Of a stretch of 64,000 nt of DNA, positions 34,180 to 43,918 are shown piece after piece. Below the pieces are notes generated by a model, which was given only the letters and a program-made list of their open reading frames with translations, had not been told where the DNA came from and made no database searches. A program made the position numbers and the translations under genes. The DNA is from Thermoanaerobaculia bacterium (GTDB lineage: Bacteria > Acidobacteriota > Thermoanaerobaculia > Multivoradales > Multivoraceae): contig OY761158.1 in the NCBI GenBank assembly GCA_963664405.1, positions 4,576,001-4,640,000 on the forward strand, given 5' to 3'. Positions within the stretch are counted from its first letter, which is position 1. Each line of letters begins with the position of its first letter.

Positions 34180-35745
34180 CTACCACTTTCGCGAGATTAC
34201 ACACGCATTCACGCCGCCGACGCCCATCGAGATCTTCCCTGCAGCCCCGCTCGGAGCCTCGCAAGCTTGATCGAAGACGAAGCGCCGGTGTAGGCCGGCG
34301 ATTTCCGCATTGAGGTCTCCCTCGGGTAGCGGTGTGGGGAGGAGACGGTCTCGCGCCAGCCCGAGATACTGCGCGGTCAGCTCCCAACCGCCGCTCACTC
34401 CCATGCCGTGTCCGAAGATCCCTTTGCGGGCGGTCACGATCACGTCCTCCGAGATCACTCGACGCAGATTCTCTACCTCTTGATAGTCGCCGGGGGTGGC
34501 GGTGGCGTGTAGATCCCAAGTGGCCAGGTCCCCGGCTGCGGTGCCCGCAGCCTTCAGAGCATCGCCAATAGCCTGGAGAGGGCCTTCCTTCGACGGCGTG
34601 ATGATGTGGTCGGCATCAGAGCTCACTCCGACCCCGAGTGGCTCGACCCCCAAAGGGCGGTACCCCTTCTCGGTCATGTAGTCGAGGTCGCCGACGATCC
34701 AGATTGCCGCTCCTCCGGATATGTGAGTGCCACGCAGCCCGGTCAAGGGCCTCGATACTTCCTTGTCCGCTGAGATCACGCGAGCGTTGTAAAACGCCCC
34801 GACGGTCAGCGGGTGGGGAGCGGGGTCGGCAGCTCCGACGACGACGGCTCTTGCCTCGCCCTGCTGTATGGCGTCCATTGCCAATTTCAGGCAGACCCCG
34901 AAGGTGGCACAGGCGCCCACCGGCGCGAAGCTGAGGCCGGTGATCTTGCCGACCATCGAGATGTTGGCCGCGGGAGTGTTGTGGAGGTTCCAGATCGTTT
35001 GCGCGAGGCGTTTGTCATCCCAGGGTGGTGTTGGTGCCCCCCACTTCTCCTGCAGCCGCGCATTGCCGGTTCGTTTCTGACGGATGACGCTTCTCTTGCC
35101 CGCTTCGGTCTCTCCTTGGACGTCGACAGCCTCGATCACGCGTAACTCTTCCAAGTACTCTCGCAGCTCGGGTGACTTGGCGGCCCAGTACCGGTTCCAC
35201 TGCCGCTCCGCCTCGGAGCGCTCGTCGGTCTCCACGGTTGCGGGGTCGGGCGGTCTGGTGCCTTCGTCATCGGTACTCCCAGCGCGCCTCGCGGAGTTGT
35301 GCTCCGATGCGGCCCAGAACCGATCCCAGCGCTCCTGGGCGCGATCGAGCCGGATGCTGGTGTCGTAGATCGTGGGCAGATCACCGAGGCCTGTGCCAAC
35401 GTAGACGTGCGCCAGCCCCCCGAGGTCTTGCAGTTCCTTTTCCAGCCCGGGATTCTGGTCCAGGGCCTGGATAAAGGAACCCATCGCGTACTGGGTCGGG
35501 GCTCCCATCTTCTCTCGGATCTGGGCGAAGCGTGACGGACGGAAGCGCGCGGCGAGCCACTCCCGATAGGTCTCCAGATCGAAGCTGGGATTGCCGACGA
35601 GGAAGTTGTCGGGACCGAAGCCGTCAAAAGGCTCGAGCCAGGACTCCGCCGACTCGAGATTCTTCTCGAAGGCAGAGATGTCGGCCGAGCGAGGGGCTAC
35701 CAGCCCCCAGCCGAAGACACCTACTCGTTTCTTGTTATCGCCCAA
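34180..35745 (-). CDS. Atypical beta-ketoacyl synthase (FabF-like) with a large insertion
   Basis: GACATF (Cys), DLHATATPGD (His), KGIFGHGMG (His), SMGVGGVN; start uncertain (TTG 35745). Confidence 0.8.
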   Translation of the reverse strand: MGDNKKRVGVFGWGLVAPRSADISAFEKNLESAESWLEPFDGFGPDNFLVGNPSFDLETYREWLAARFRPSRFAQIREKMGAPTQYAMGSFIQALDQNPGLEKELQDLGGLAHVYVGTGLGDLPTIYDTSIRLDRAQERWDRFWAASEHNSARRAGSTDDEGTRPPDPATVETDERSEAERQWNRYWAAKSPELREYLEELRVIEAVDVQGETEAGKRSVIRQKRTGNARLQEKWGAPTPPWDDKRLAQTIWNLHNTPAANISMVGKITGLSFAPVGACATFGVCLKLAMDAIQQGEARAVVVGAADPAPHPLTVGAFYNARVISADKEVSRPLTGLRGTHISGGAAIWIVGDLDYMTEKGYRPLGVEPLGVGVSSDADHIITPSKEGPLQAIGDALKAAGTAAGDLATWDLHATATPGDYQEVENLRRVISEDVIVTARKGIFGHGMGVSGGWELTAQYLGLARDRLLPTPLPEGDLNAEIAGLHRRFVFDQACEAPSGAAGKISMGVGGVNACVISRKW

Positions 35746-35813
35746 GAGCGCCTGCCGCCGCCCCTTCCGCGGCACCTGATGCGCGCCGCTCGAGAAAGTA
35801 CTCGAGCGCCGCT

Positions 35814-36314
35814 TTACTCGGCCTCGACGACCTCGACATCCATCATTGCGCACAAGCCTTCGTCGGCGAGAGTGCGATGATCGCCGTCACCGACCTGGAT
35901 CGAAAGGTGATGGGTGCCGGGAGTGAGTTGCACGTCGATACTGGACGAGCCATCGCCGAAATGAACCCAGGGCTCGGCGGCGGGGATGATCTCACCAGGA
36001 GGTAGGCAGTGGCCGTCGATCGCGATGTGATGATGCCCGGCTCCAGGGTTGACCTCACCCTCGACCCGCGGCTCGATGGTGAAATTCTCGGCTCCGAACT
36101 CGAAGTGAACCGGACTCGTCACGCTCGCGTTTTCCGCCGGCTCGACAAAGAAAATTCGCGGGCTGGTATCTACTTCCGCAGCCTCGGCGGGCGGTGGCGG
36201 TGCGGCTTCCTCGACATGCTCGGCGTGCTCAGCTCCACCGCCGCAACCCATTGCGGTCAGGGCGAGAACAAGAGCCAGAAAGATAAGGACTGGGTGAACG
36301 CGGGTTTGAATCAT
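35814..36314 (-). CDS. DUF4399-like lipoprotein
   Basis: Lipobox LTAMG-C; GHHHIAID, HFGDG, LTPGTH, GDGDH. Confidence 0.8.
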   Translation of the reverse strand: MIQTRVHPVLIFLALVLALTAMGCGGGAEHAEHVEEAAPPPPAEAAEVDTSPRIFFVEPAENASVTSPVHFEFGAENFTIEPRVEGEVNPGAGHHHIAIDGHCLPPGEIIPAAEPWVHFGDGSSSIDVQLTPGTHHLSIQVGDGDHRTLADEGLCAMMDVEVVEAE

Positions 36315-36443
36315 GATCTCAGTTCTCCCTCGGTTTTGGACGCCCATCGCGCCCCTATTCTCTGTTGGGCGGTGGCCAAACACGCTTTGGGCCGAACCCG
36401 GATCATAGTCGACGCGGTGCGTGATCAGCAAGCAGTACAGCGG

Positions 36444-37028
36444 CTACGGATTGAGACGGTGAGCGGTCCATCCCTCTGCGCTGCGTTCGTAGACGAAGCG
36501 ATCGTGGAGACGGAAGCGCCTTTCGGTCCAGAACTCGATAGCCTCCGGCACCACTCGGAAGCCCCCCCAGTACGGGGGCCGCGGCACTTTCCTGCCGAGA
36601 TTGCGCGACTCGACCTTAGCCACTTCGGCTACCAGTCGCGCTCGGCTCTCCAATGGACGGCTCTGTTGCGAAGCCCAAGCTCCCAATTGGCTGCCACGAT
36701 CCCTGGAGGAGAAGTAGGCGTCAGCCTGCTCGTCGGAGACGGCCTCGGCGCGACCCCGAATGTTGATCTGCTCGCCAAGCTCGCGCCAGTAGAAGTTGAG
36801 GCTTACGTGTGGATTGTCGCGGAGCTCACGTCCCTTGCGGCTCTCGAAGTTCGTATAGAAAACGAACCCTTCGCGATCGAAGTGCTTTAGTAACACTTGG
36901 CGGGAAGACGGCTGCCCACTCTTGTCGACAGTGCAGAGCACCATCGCGTCAGGGTTCTTGATGCCGAGAGCGAGTGCTTGCGCGTGAATCTCGCCGAAAC
37001 GCGAGAATGGGTCGGTCATCGTGGCCAT
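36444..37028 (-). CDS. pdxH: Pyridoxamine 5'-phosphate oxidase
   Basis: SRQVLLK, FYTNFESRKG, AWASQQS, PPYWGG, EFW...RLHDR. Confidence 0.95.
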   Translation of the reverse strand: MATMTDPFSRFGEIHAQALALGIKNPDAMVLCTVDKSGQPSSRQVLLKHFDREGFVFYTNFESRKGRELRDNPHVSLNFYWRELGEQINIRGRAEAVSDEQADAYFSSRDRGSQLGAWASQQSRPLESRARLVAEVAKVESRNLGRKVPRPPYWGGFRVVPEAIEFWTERRFRLHDRFVYERSAEGWTAHRLNP

Positions 37029-37065
37029 GGGCCTGGTGCTCCCAATCGAGCCGACGGATATTACC

Positions 37066-37232
37066 CTAGACCAGCGTTTCCAAAGTCGCGCTACAATAGC
37101 TCGCGGTCATTCTGTTCGCTGGCAAGGCGCGCCGACGCAGGCATATTGGGGAATATGTCGAGGAGGCGCAACGCCGCCAGCGGGGCAGAACGGGCCGAGA
37201 TATGTAGCGCTACTTTGGAAACGCTGGTCTAG
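37066..37232 (+). mobile_element. MITE-like hairpin element, subfamily A copy 1
   Basis: Ends CTAGACCAGCGTTTCCAAAGT / ACTTTGGAAACGCTGGTCTAG; near-identical copies at 38883 and 41302. Confidence 0.9.
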
Positions 37233-37287
37233 TCTTCGAGACCGAAGGAAACAACAACGATCGTTTCCTTCGGTGCGCCGTCCTCGG

Positions 37288-37584
37288 CTAGGCGACCTTC
37301 TGATTGACAAGCCCAGATGCCGACGTTGCTGGGATCTTGCCCCGGCTCAGTAGTTGCTCGAGATCTCCTGTCCTGAAAACACGGCGGGTCTCCGAGGCCG
37401 CTACTCGGGCGTTGTCGCTGACGAAAAGGACGGTCTCGTCGAGTAGGCGAGAGTGGACGGTAACGATGAGGCCGGCGCGCGCGAAGTTCTCGAGGCCCAT
37501 CTGAGCCACTTCGGAGGTAGTACGCCTCGGTGACGTTTCACGGTTGCGGAGAGAGAGTGCGGCCATCTTTGACTCCTTGGTCAT
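37288..37584 (-). CDS. Hypothetical protein (98 aa)
   Basis: ORF with plausible composition; no recognised motif. Confidence 0.4.
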   Translation of the reverse strand: MTKESKMAALSLRNRETSPRRTTSEVAQMGLENFARAGLIVTVHSRLLDETVLFVSDNARVAASETRRVFRTGDLEQLLSRGKIPATSASGLVNQKVA

Positions 37585-37670
37585 TATTCATGGAAGAAGC
37601 CTATCACGAAGTTACGCCTTATTTACGCCTTCAGGGAGGAAAGTATCGGCTATCTTGCCGCGCAGTGACT

Positions 37671-37997
37671 TCAGAACACGAAGAGCTCGGGATAGTCCAA
37701 GGAGGGCGTCTCGAGCTCTGTCCCCTCCGCCCCCTCTGCTGCTTCTAGCGTCACCCAGGCGTGGCCGAATCGGTCGGCGTCCTCGATGCGGAAGCCCAGA
37801 TGAAGCTTTGGCTGCAGACCGCAGCGTGATCACATGAGAATCAGGCTTCCCTGGCGGAGTGTGGCGACGGTGTCGTCGAACGGCAGGCTCTTCGTCAGCA
37901 GCGCGACCCGCTGGGCGGCGCTCGAGGTCGCGGCGACGGCTCGAAGGTAGAGCAGAGGATGACGGCCGGCCTTGGCGAGAGCGCGCAGAATAGACAC
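37671..37997 (-). pseudogene. Decayed lasso-peptide B2 / transglutaminase-like gene
   Basis: One frame reads ...LPFDDTVATLRQGSLILM-TGA-SRCGLQPKLHLGFRIEDADRFGHAWVT...; HAW motif present, segment with the catalytic Cys absent. Confidence 0.65.
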
Positions 37998-38162
37998 CGC
38001 AGCTGCTATACCCCCGATCCTATGGAGCTCGCCGCGATGACTCTCGCAACCGCTGCTGAAAGGTCTAGCGTGCGAATTCCGTCGAGAGGGCCCGGCATGG
38101 GATCGCGAGGCTATCGTATCGGCGCCAATCTCGTTGTTTGCGGGAGGTTGTAGAGTGGACGC

Positions 38163-38879
38163 ATGAGCGCTTGTGAACCGTTGTGGAGAAAGAGGCGGAC
38201 ACCCACGGTTGTGATGGCTCTCGGCGTCTGTCTGCTGGGTGTAGCTTCTTCGGCTCAAGAAGAGAGTGTTCGCCCTGGCGTGAACGATGGTTATCGAGAT
38301 CCTGACGTCGAGGTTTGGAGATCTCGCCTCGAGGCCGAGGATCGAGCGATCTTCAAGTATCGCCACGCAATTGTTGCGATCCTGGGCCTCGAGCCCGGCA
38401 TGAGTGTTGCGGATGTGGGTGCGGGTACCGGCTTCCTGACCCAGATGATCGCGCGAGAGGTCGGCGCGGAGGGGAAGGTCTACGCAGTAGATGTTGTCGA
38501 GGAGTTTCTCGATCTGATTGCCGCCGACGCCGAAAGGGCCGGCATCGAGAACCTGGTCACGGTGCTCGGCGACCAGAAGACGACGAAGCTGGAGAGTGGG
38601 GTCGCGGATCTGATCCTGGTCTGCGACGCTTACCACCACTTCGAATTCCCCCAGCACACGCTGGCCTCTCTTCACCAGGCCCTGCGTCTCTCCGGTACGC
38701 TCGTTGTTATCGACTTCGAGCGAATCGAGGGTAAGAGCGCGCCTTTCGCTCTCGGCCACATCCGAGCCGGTAAGGGCACCTTCACCGACGAGATCAAGAA
38801 CGCCGGCTTCGAGCTCGAGCGAGAGATCCCGCTGATGGAAGACGAGGGCCAGTACGTACTGGTCTTCGCTAAGCGCTAG
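38163..38879 (+). CDS. Class I SAM-dependent methyltransferase with signal peptide
   Basis: VADVGAGTG, YAVDV, DAYHHF, GTLVVIDF; hydrophobic leader ending ASSA-Q. Confidence 0.88.
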   Translation: MSACEPLWRKRRTPTVVMALGVCLLGVASSAQEESVRPGVNDGYRDPDVEVWRSRLEAEDRAIFKYRHAIVAILGLEPGMSVADVGAGTGFLTQMIAREVGAEGKVYAVDVVEEFLDLIAADAERAGIENLVTVLGDQKTTKLESGVADLILVCDAYHHFEFPQHTLASLHQALRLSGTLVVIDFERIEGKSAPFALGHIRAGKGTFTDEIKNAGFELEREIPLMEDEGQYVLVFAKR

Positions 38880-38882
38880 GTA

Positions 38883-39048
38883 CTAGACCAGCGTTTCCAA
38901 AGTTCGCGCACAATATCTCGGCCCCTTCTGTCCGCTGACGGCGTTTCGCCTCCTCGACATATTGCCCAATATGCCTGCGTCGGCGCGCCTGGCCAGCGAA
39001 CAGAATGACCTCGAGCTATTGCACACGAACTTTGGAAACGCTGGTCTA
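38883..39048 (-). mobile_element. MITE-like hairpin element, subfamily A copy 2 (inverted)
   Basis: TAGACCAGCGTTTCCAAAGTTCG ... CGAACTTTGGAAACGCTGGTCTA. Confidence 0.9.
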
Positions 39049-39049
39049 C

Positions 39050-39209
39050 TGGACCGTAACACCCAAACGTTTAGCGCCTGAGCGGCCCTCGCGGCCGATC
39101 TCTGCGTTACGCTTCCTCGACATAGTCCCCGCTATGCCTGCGTCAGCGCGCCTTGATCTCGACCACGAATGACTCACTCAGCCACTAAACGTTCGAGTGT
39201 TACGGCCCA
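39050..39209 (-). mobile_element. Related hairpin element, subfamily B
   Basis: Arms GGACCGTAACACCCAAACGTTTAG / CTAAACGTTCGAGTGTTACGGCCC; shares the core CCTCGACATA..TATGCCTGCGTC.GCGCGCCT with subfamily A. Confidence 0.8.
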
Positions 39210-40030
39210 CCGATCGTTACCCGCTCGGCAAGCTCGCGGCCGAGGATGTCGGCGGTCGTGGTCACGATTTCGTCGAGGATCTCACCCGCCGGCCGAATGC
39301 TCCGCAACCCGCCTGAGGTCTGGCCGGCGGCATTCATCATCAGCTCGTCTTTGCCCGCCTGACGCACCGAGTAGATGAGGTCGCGAGTCAGCAGCCCTTG
39401 TAGCCCCATCGGCAGGGCACGCAGGCCGCTGTCTTCCCAGGCCTTGATCAGCGGATTGGTGATGTTGCGCATGGTCTTGCCGCTGTAGAGCCTGGTTACG
39501 GTCGTATCTTCGGCAAGCGGCTTCGAGGATCCCCTGCTTTTGCAGCTTCGGCTGGTTGGCTTCCTCGGACACCAGGAAAGCCGTACCGCACCAGGCGCCA
39601 ATCGCGCCCATGGCGAGAACCGCCGCCAGACTCCGTCCATCGGCGATACCGCCGGCGGCTCCCACCGGGATCGGATGAACCGCGTCGATAACCTGGGGCA
39701 GGAGGGCCAGTGTGGCGATGCGCCCGGTATGTCCCCCGGCTTCGGTGCCCTGCGCGACGATGAGGTCGACGCCGTCCTGAGCCACTTGGTGTGCGGCTCG
39801 AACGTTCCCGACCAACGAGATCACTTTGGTGTCGTTGGCGTGCAGCTCGTCGACCCAAGGTCCGGGGCTTCCTAGCCCGGAGGCGAGGACCGGCACCTTT
39901 TCTTCGAGTACGACTTCGACCTGGGAACCGACCCAGCTCTTGCCGACTGGAGCGAGTCGCGGCTCCAAAGGGGTGGGATCTTCCTTCCATTCGACGTCGA
40001 GGCTCTCGGCGATCTCTCGAAGTCTCCCGG
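39200..40030 (-). pseudogene. Nitronate monooxygenase/FabK-family flavoprotein, C-terminal part with a frameshift near 39516
   Basis: AQGTEAGGHTG, AAGGIADGR, GAWCGTAFL, TRLYSGKTMR, AAGQTSG spread across two frames. Confidence 0.85.
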
Positions 40031-40031
40031 C

Positions 40032-40340
40032 GTCTTCCCGACCGCAAGGCTCGAGGGGCGGCTTGATGCGGCCGCGATCGAATCGATGGATGTGGGTGCA
40101 TCCCGTGTCGTCAACGCGGACTTGGTTTTGCAGCTGCACGGCGAAGCGCTTGCGGTTCGGGCGGAACTTCTGGTTGCGCGCTTGACGGACGACAAGGTGC
40201 TGGTGGCGAGCCAACCGGTGATCGTCAATGCGGGCAGCGTCGGGTTGGTCGAAGGGATCGAGAAACTTCGCGAGGTGGCAAGCCTGCCGAGCATTAGCAA
40301 CGCCGTTTCGGTGACCGCGACACTGACGTTCAATCGAGTT
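40032..40340 (+). pseudogene. YceI-family protein, C-terminal fragment
   Basis: FPTARLEGRLD...LQLHGE...PVIVNAGSVGLVEGIEKLREVASLPSISNAVSVTATLTF; no start or native stop. Confidence 0.7.
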
Positions 40341-40344
40341 GCGA

Positions 40345-40648
40345 TGCCGCGGGGCGCTGGACATCCTGCGCGAGCGAGACGTCGAGTTCGATGTCGTCGA
40401 ATACCTCAAAACCCCGTTGTCGCGGGCCGATCTAGAACGTTTTCTTGCGCTCTTGCCAGACGAGCCGTCGGCGCTGGTTCGCAAGGACAAAAACTTCAAG
40501 GACCTCGGATTGGCCGCGGCTGACTATACGACGGCCGAAGCAGTCGTCGAGTTGCTTCTAGAGCATCCAAAGCTGATGCAACGCCCGGTCGTCGTGCGAG
40601 GCGATCAAGCGGTCATTGCGCGGCCCTCAGAAAAGGTCGAGGCGCATT
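40345..40648 (+). pseudogene. ArsC/Spx-family arsenate reductase fragment, both ends clipped
   Basis: CRGALDIL, VEYLKTP, LVRK, HPKLMQRP, IARP; N-terminal HNPxC missing. Confidence 0.8.
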
Positions 40649-41478
40649 CACGATTGCGCGCACCTCGTTCCAGTCGGCGATGCGACTGGCGACGGGTTTG
40701 TGGTCCGAGGTTTGGTGGTTTTTCGTTCGTGACGTCGAAAACCCCATCGCGCCGGCCTGCACCGCTTCCTTGGCGATTTGTGCCATACGCTTCAAGTCGT
40801 CGTCGGTTGCGGTGTCTGAAAACGCGCGTTCGCCCATGACGTACGTTCTGAGGGCAGAGGGCCCATGTAACCGGCGTAGTTGATGCCCTTGGGTAGAGCG
40901 TCCAGCACGTCCAGGTACTCGGGATATGTCTCCCAATTCCAATTGATGCCGGCGAGCATCGCGTCGCGGGAGATATCCTCGGCCCGTTCGAGGTTCCTGA
41001 ACACAAGATCCGCCTCGGCTTCGCGGCACGGCGCCAGCGTGAAGCCGCAGTTCCCCATGACGACGGATGTCACCCCGTGGTAACACGAGCAAGAACCGAT
41101 CGGACCCCAAAAAACTTGGGCGTCCAATGTGTGTGTGACCGTCCACGAAACCGGGCGCGACGACGTGACCCTCGGCGTCGATCGTTTCCGCCGCAGATTC
41201 ACGAATACGGCCGATGGATTCAATTCTGCTGTTGTTGATGCCGACGTCGGCCTGCACGCGGGCGCCGCCAGAACCGTCGATGACGGTACCGTTTTTGATC
41301 ACTAGACCAGCGTTTCCAAAGTTCGTGTACATAGCTCGAGGTCATTCTGTTTGCTGGCAAGGCGCACCGACGCAGGCATATTGGGCAATATGTCGAGGAG
41401 GCGGAACGCCGCCAGCGAGCAGAAGGGGCCGAGATCTGTGCGCGAACTTTGGAAACGCTGGTCTAGGTCGTAAGGCAT
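40646..41478 (-). pseudogene. N-acyl-D-amino-acid deacylase, MITE-interrupted, frameshifted and 3'-truncated
   Basis: MPYDL|VIKNGTVIDGSG, APGFVDGHTH, GNCGFTLAP, SALRTYVMG; frameshifts near 41128 and 40860. Confidence 0.85.
41302..41466 (+). mobile_element. MITE-like hairpin element, subfamily A copy 3, inserted in a CDS with target duplication
   Basis: Removing it restores ATG CCT TAC GAC CTA GTG ATC AAA AAC on the minus strand. Confidence 0.92.
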
Positions 41479-41563
41479 GGGTCATCCCCTCCCAGGGATT
41501 GGTGAGACGTACAGGCTAACAACTGCGGTATTGCGACGCAAAAGCCTCCCGCGGGGGTTCGAA

Positions 41564-42884
41564 TCAGAGTCCGGGGCCCGGCCGCATAGGCGTGCCGTCG
41601 CTAAATCTCGCGAAGCGAAATCGATCGAGGTTGTGCATTGCCAGACGGCCTTGGATCATGTCGGCCATGACACGTCCGGCGCCTGGGCCAAAGCCAAACC
41701 CGTGGCCGCTGAATCCGGTCGCGGTGAACAAACCCGGGGCAACTTCGTCCATCACCGGGCCGACATCGGGCATCACGTCGATCATGCCCGCCCAAGCTTC
41801 TTCGATTCTGACGTTTGCCATGGCCGGAAAGCGGCTTTTGAATGCGGTCAGCATTTGGTCGACCGCTTGGTGGGCAGGCTCCGGGTTCAAGACGCGGACC
41901 TGCTCAAACGGAGTGGTCTGGTCGGGCTGCCACCGGCGCCTCGGCAGCATGCGGTCTTTCAGTCCGGGTGAAAATCTGAGTTTGAGCGATCGTGCGCTGG
42001 TGCGCAGGACGGGGAAAAATTTTCGCATATGGCGGAAGCTGTCGGCGCCGACAAAATGTTCGGTGATGCCGCCCGGCGCCAGCGTGTAACCGCCATCTTC
42101 GCGGCGCCGAAAAGCAAACTCGCCAGCCGAGGCGGCGCCGGCATAAATGTCGGGAGCCACAGTCGTGCGGGCGACGGTGGAGCGCACCGTCAACTGCGGC
42201 AGATTGAGCCCAAAGTTGCCAAGGAAAAGTGACGACCACGCGCAACAGCACGGCGTTGGTCTTGATTCGGCCGGACTCTGTGATCACGCCCGTGACTCGG
42301 CCGGCTTCGACGTCGATCGCGCGAACCGCACAGGCTTCGCGAACCGTGGCGCCACGTTTCTGCAAGCCGCGCGCGAGCGCGGGCACCGCGACAAATGGCT
42401 CGGCCCTGCCGTCGCTGGGGGTGAAGAGCGCGCCATGCCACTGACCGGAATTGTCGGTGATCAACTCGTCGACCTGAGTTCCGGTCAACATTTGACTGTC
42501 CAATTGGTGTTGGCGGGCGATGTCCAACCAAGATTCCAGACGCGCGAGTTCGTCGTCATTCTTCGCCAGGTACATGACCCCGCGACGGGTGAAGCCGATG
42601 TCGTCGTCGAGTTCGCTCGCGATGGATTCCCAGGCGTTGATACTATCGATTGCGATGGGCAACTCATCTGCGTCGCGACCTTGTTGGCGGATCCACCCCC
42701 AGTTGCGGCTCGACTGTTCGCCGGCGACGCGGCCTTTGTCGCAGACGACGACGGTTAACCCAGCTTTGAGCAAAAACCAAGCTGTGGAAACTCCAATCAC
42801 GCCGGCGCCGACGATGACGACGTCGGCAGCATCTGGCAGCGCATCCTGAAACGTGACCGGACTTTGGTCGTTGGCGACGGGCAT
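41564..42884 (-). pseudogene. FAD-dependent D-amino acid oxidase-family oxidoreductase with a frameshift/small deletion near 42243
   Basis: GAGVIG, EQSSRNWGWIRQQGRD in one frame; WAGMIDVMPD and GFSGHGFG in another. Confidence 0.85.
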
Positions 42885-42975
42885 GGGGTTCCGTAAGCTC
42901 CTTGAATCGGGTACGCGGCGAGTTTACGCCCGCCTGAACGTCAAAGGGAAAAGAAGAGATAAGGAGAAGCAACCC

Positions 42976-43836
42976 ATGAGATTTGGAATCAGCCTGCCGA
43001 ACAATCACGGCGCGTCCATACAAGACATCGTGGCGCTCGCGGCCGCTGCCGAGTCGATGGGTTTTCGGTCCGTCTGGGTCAGCGAACACTTGTTTCACGC
43101 CAGTTACGTTGCGGAACGCCTAGGCACGCGTCCGTATCACGAAGCGTTGACCGTATTGACGGCTGTCGCCGCCGCGACGTCGGACGTGCGTCTGGGCACC
43201 TCCGTGTTGGTGCTGCCGTGGCACCATCCCGTGCGGCTGGCCAAGCAGATCGCCAGTTTGGATGTCATGTCGAACGGCCGGGTGACGCTGGGCGTCGGCG
43301 TCGCGCAGACCGAGGATGAGTACGCCAACTTGAACGTGCCGTTCAAAAAACGTGGCCGGATCGCCGATGAAATCTTGGATGCGATGCAGTGTCTGTGGAG
43401 CGAAGACCTACCGGAATTTGAGGGCGAATTTTTCCAGTTCAGCGGGCTCGCGTTCGAGCCGAAACCACTACAGACGCCGTTGCCGTTGCTGGTGGGCGGA
43501 AACTCCGATCGCGCGATACGACGTGTGGACGAAAAAGGCACCGGCTGGCACGGTCTGAGCCAGTCCCCCGCCGACACCCGCTTGGTGATCGACAAGATTG
43601 CGGACAGCGGCAAGGAGATCTCCATTCGTTCGATGGTGGATCTCGTTGACGAGCCTTGGGATAGACCCGTCGATCAGCGTCGAACGATGAAAGGCACCCC
43701 GGAAGAACTTCGTGAAATGGTCGGTCGCTATGCCGACGCTGGAGTGCACGAAATTGTGATCGACGCGAATACGCACGACTGCGCCGCGGCGCGACAAACT
43801 TTCGAACGTTTCGTGACCGAAGTCGTGAACGCCTAG
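42976..43836 (+). CDS. LLM-class (probably F420-dependent) oxidoreductase
   Basis: VWVSEH, RLGTSVLVLPWHHP, SLDVMSNGR, PKPLQ, VGGNS; SD AAGGAG. Confidence 0.9.
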   Translation: MRFGISLPNNHGASIQDIVALAAAAESMGFRSVWVSEHLFHASYVAERLGTRPYHEALTVLTAVAAATSDVRLGTSVLVLPWHHPVRLAKQIASLDVMSNGRVTLGVGVAQTEDEYANLNVPFKKRGRIADEILDAMQCLWSEDLPEFEGEFFQFSGLAFEPKPLQTPLPLLVGGNSDRAIRRVDEKGTGWHGLSQSPADTRLVIDKIADSGKEISIRSMVDLVDEPWDRPVDQRRTMKGTPEELREMVGRYADAGVHEIVIDANTHDCAAARQTFERFVTEVVNA

Positions 43837-43918
43837 CCGCTGCCCGGGGGTCGAGCAGGGTCCTGCCGTGGTGCACAATGATACGTCGCAGGGCGACCAC
43901 TTGGTGCCGTTGGACCTG

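Noticed and set aside
40320-40350. Selenocysteine recoding at the ArsC N-terminus
   Set aside because: The upstream TGA lacks HNPx context; the sequence there belongs to the YceI fragment, so the start is simply deleted
37066-41466. Repeats as a CRISPR array or integron attC sites
   Set aside because: No regular repeat-spacer period, no cas or intI gene, no RYYYAAC/GTTRRRY cassette organisation for the A copies; one copy sits inside a CDS with a target duplication
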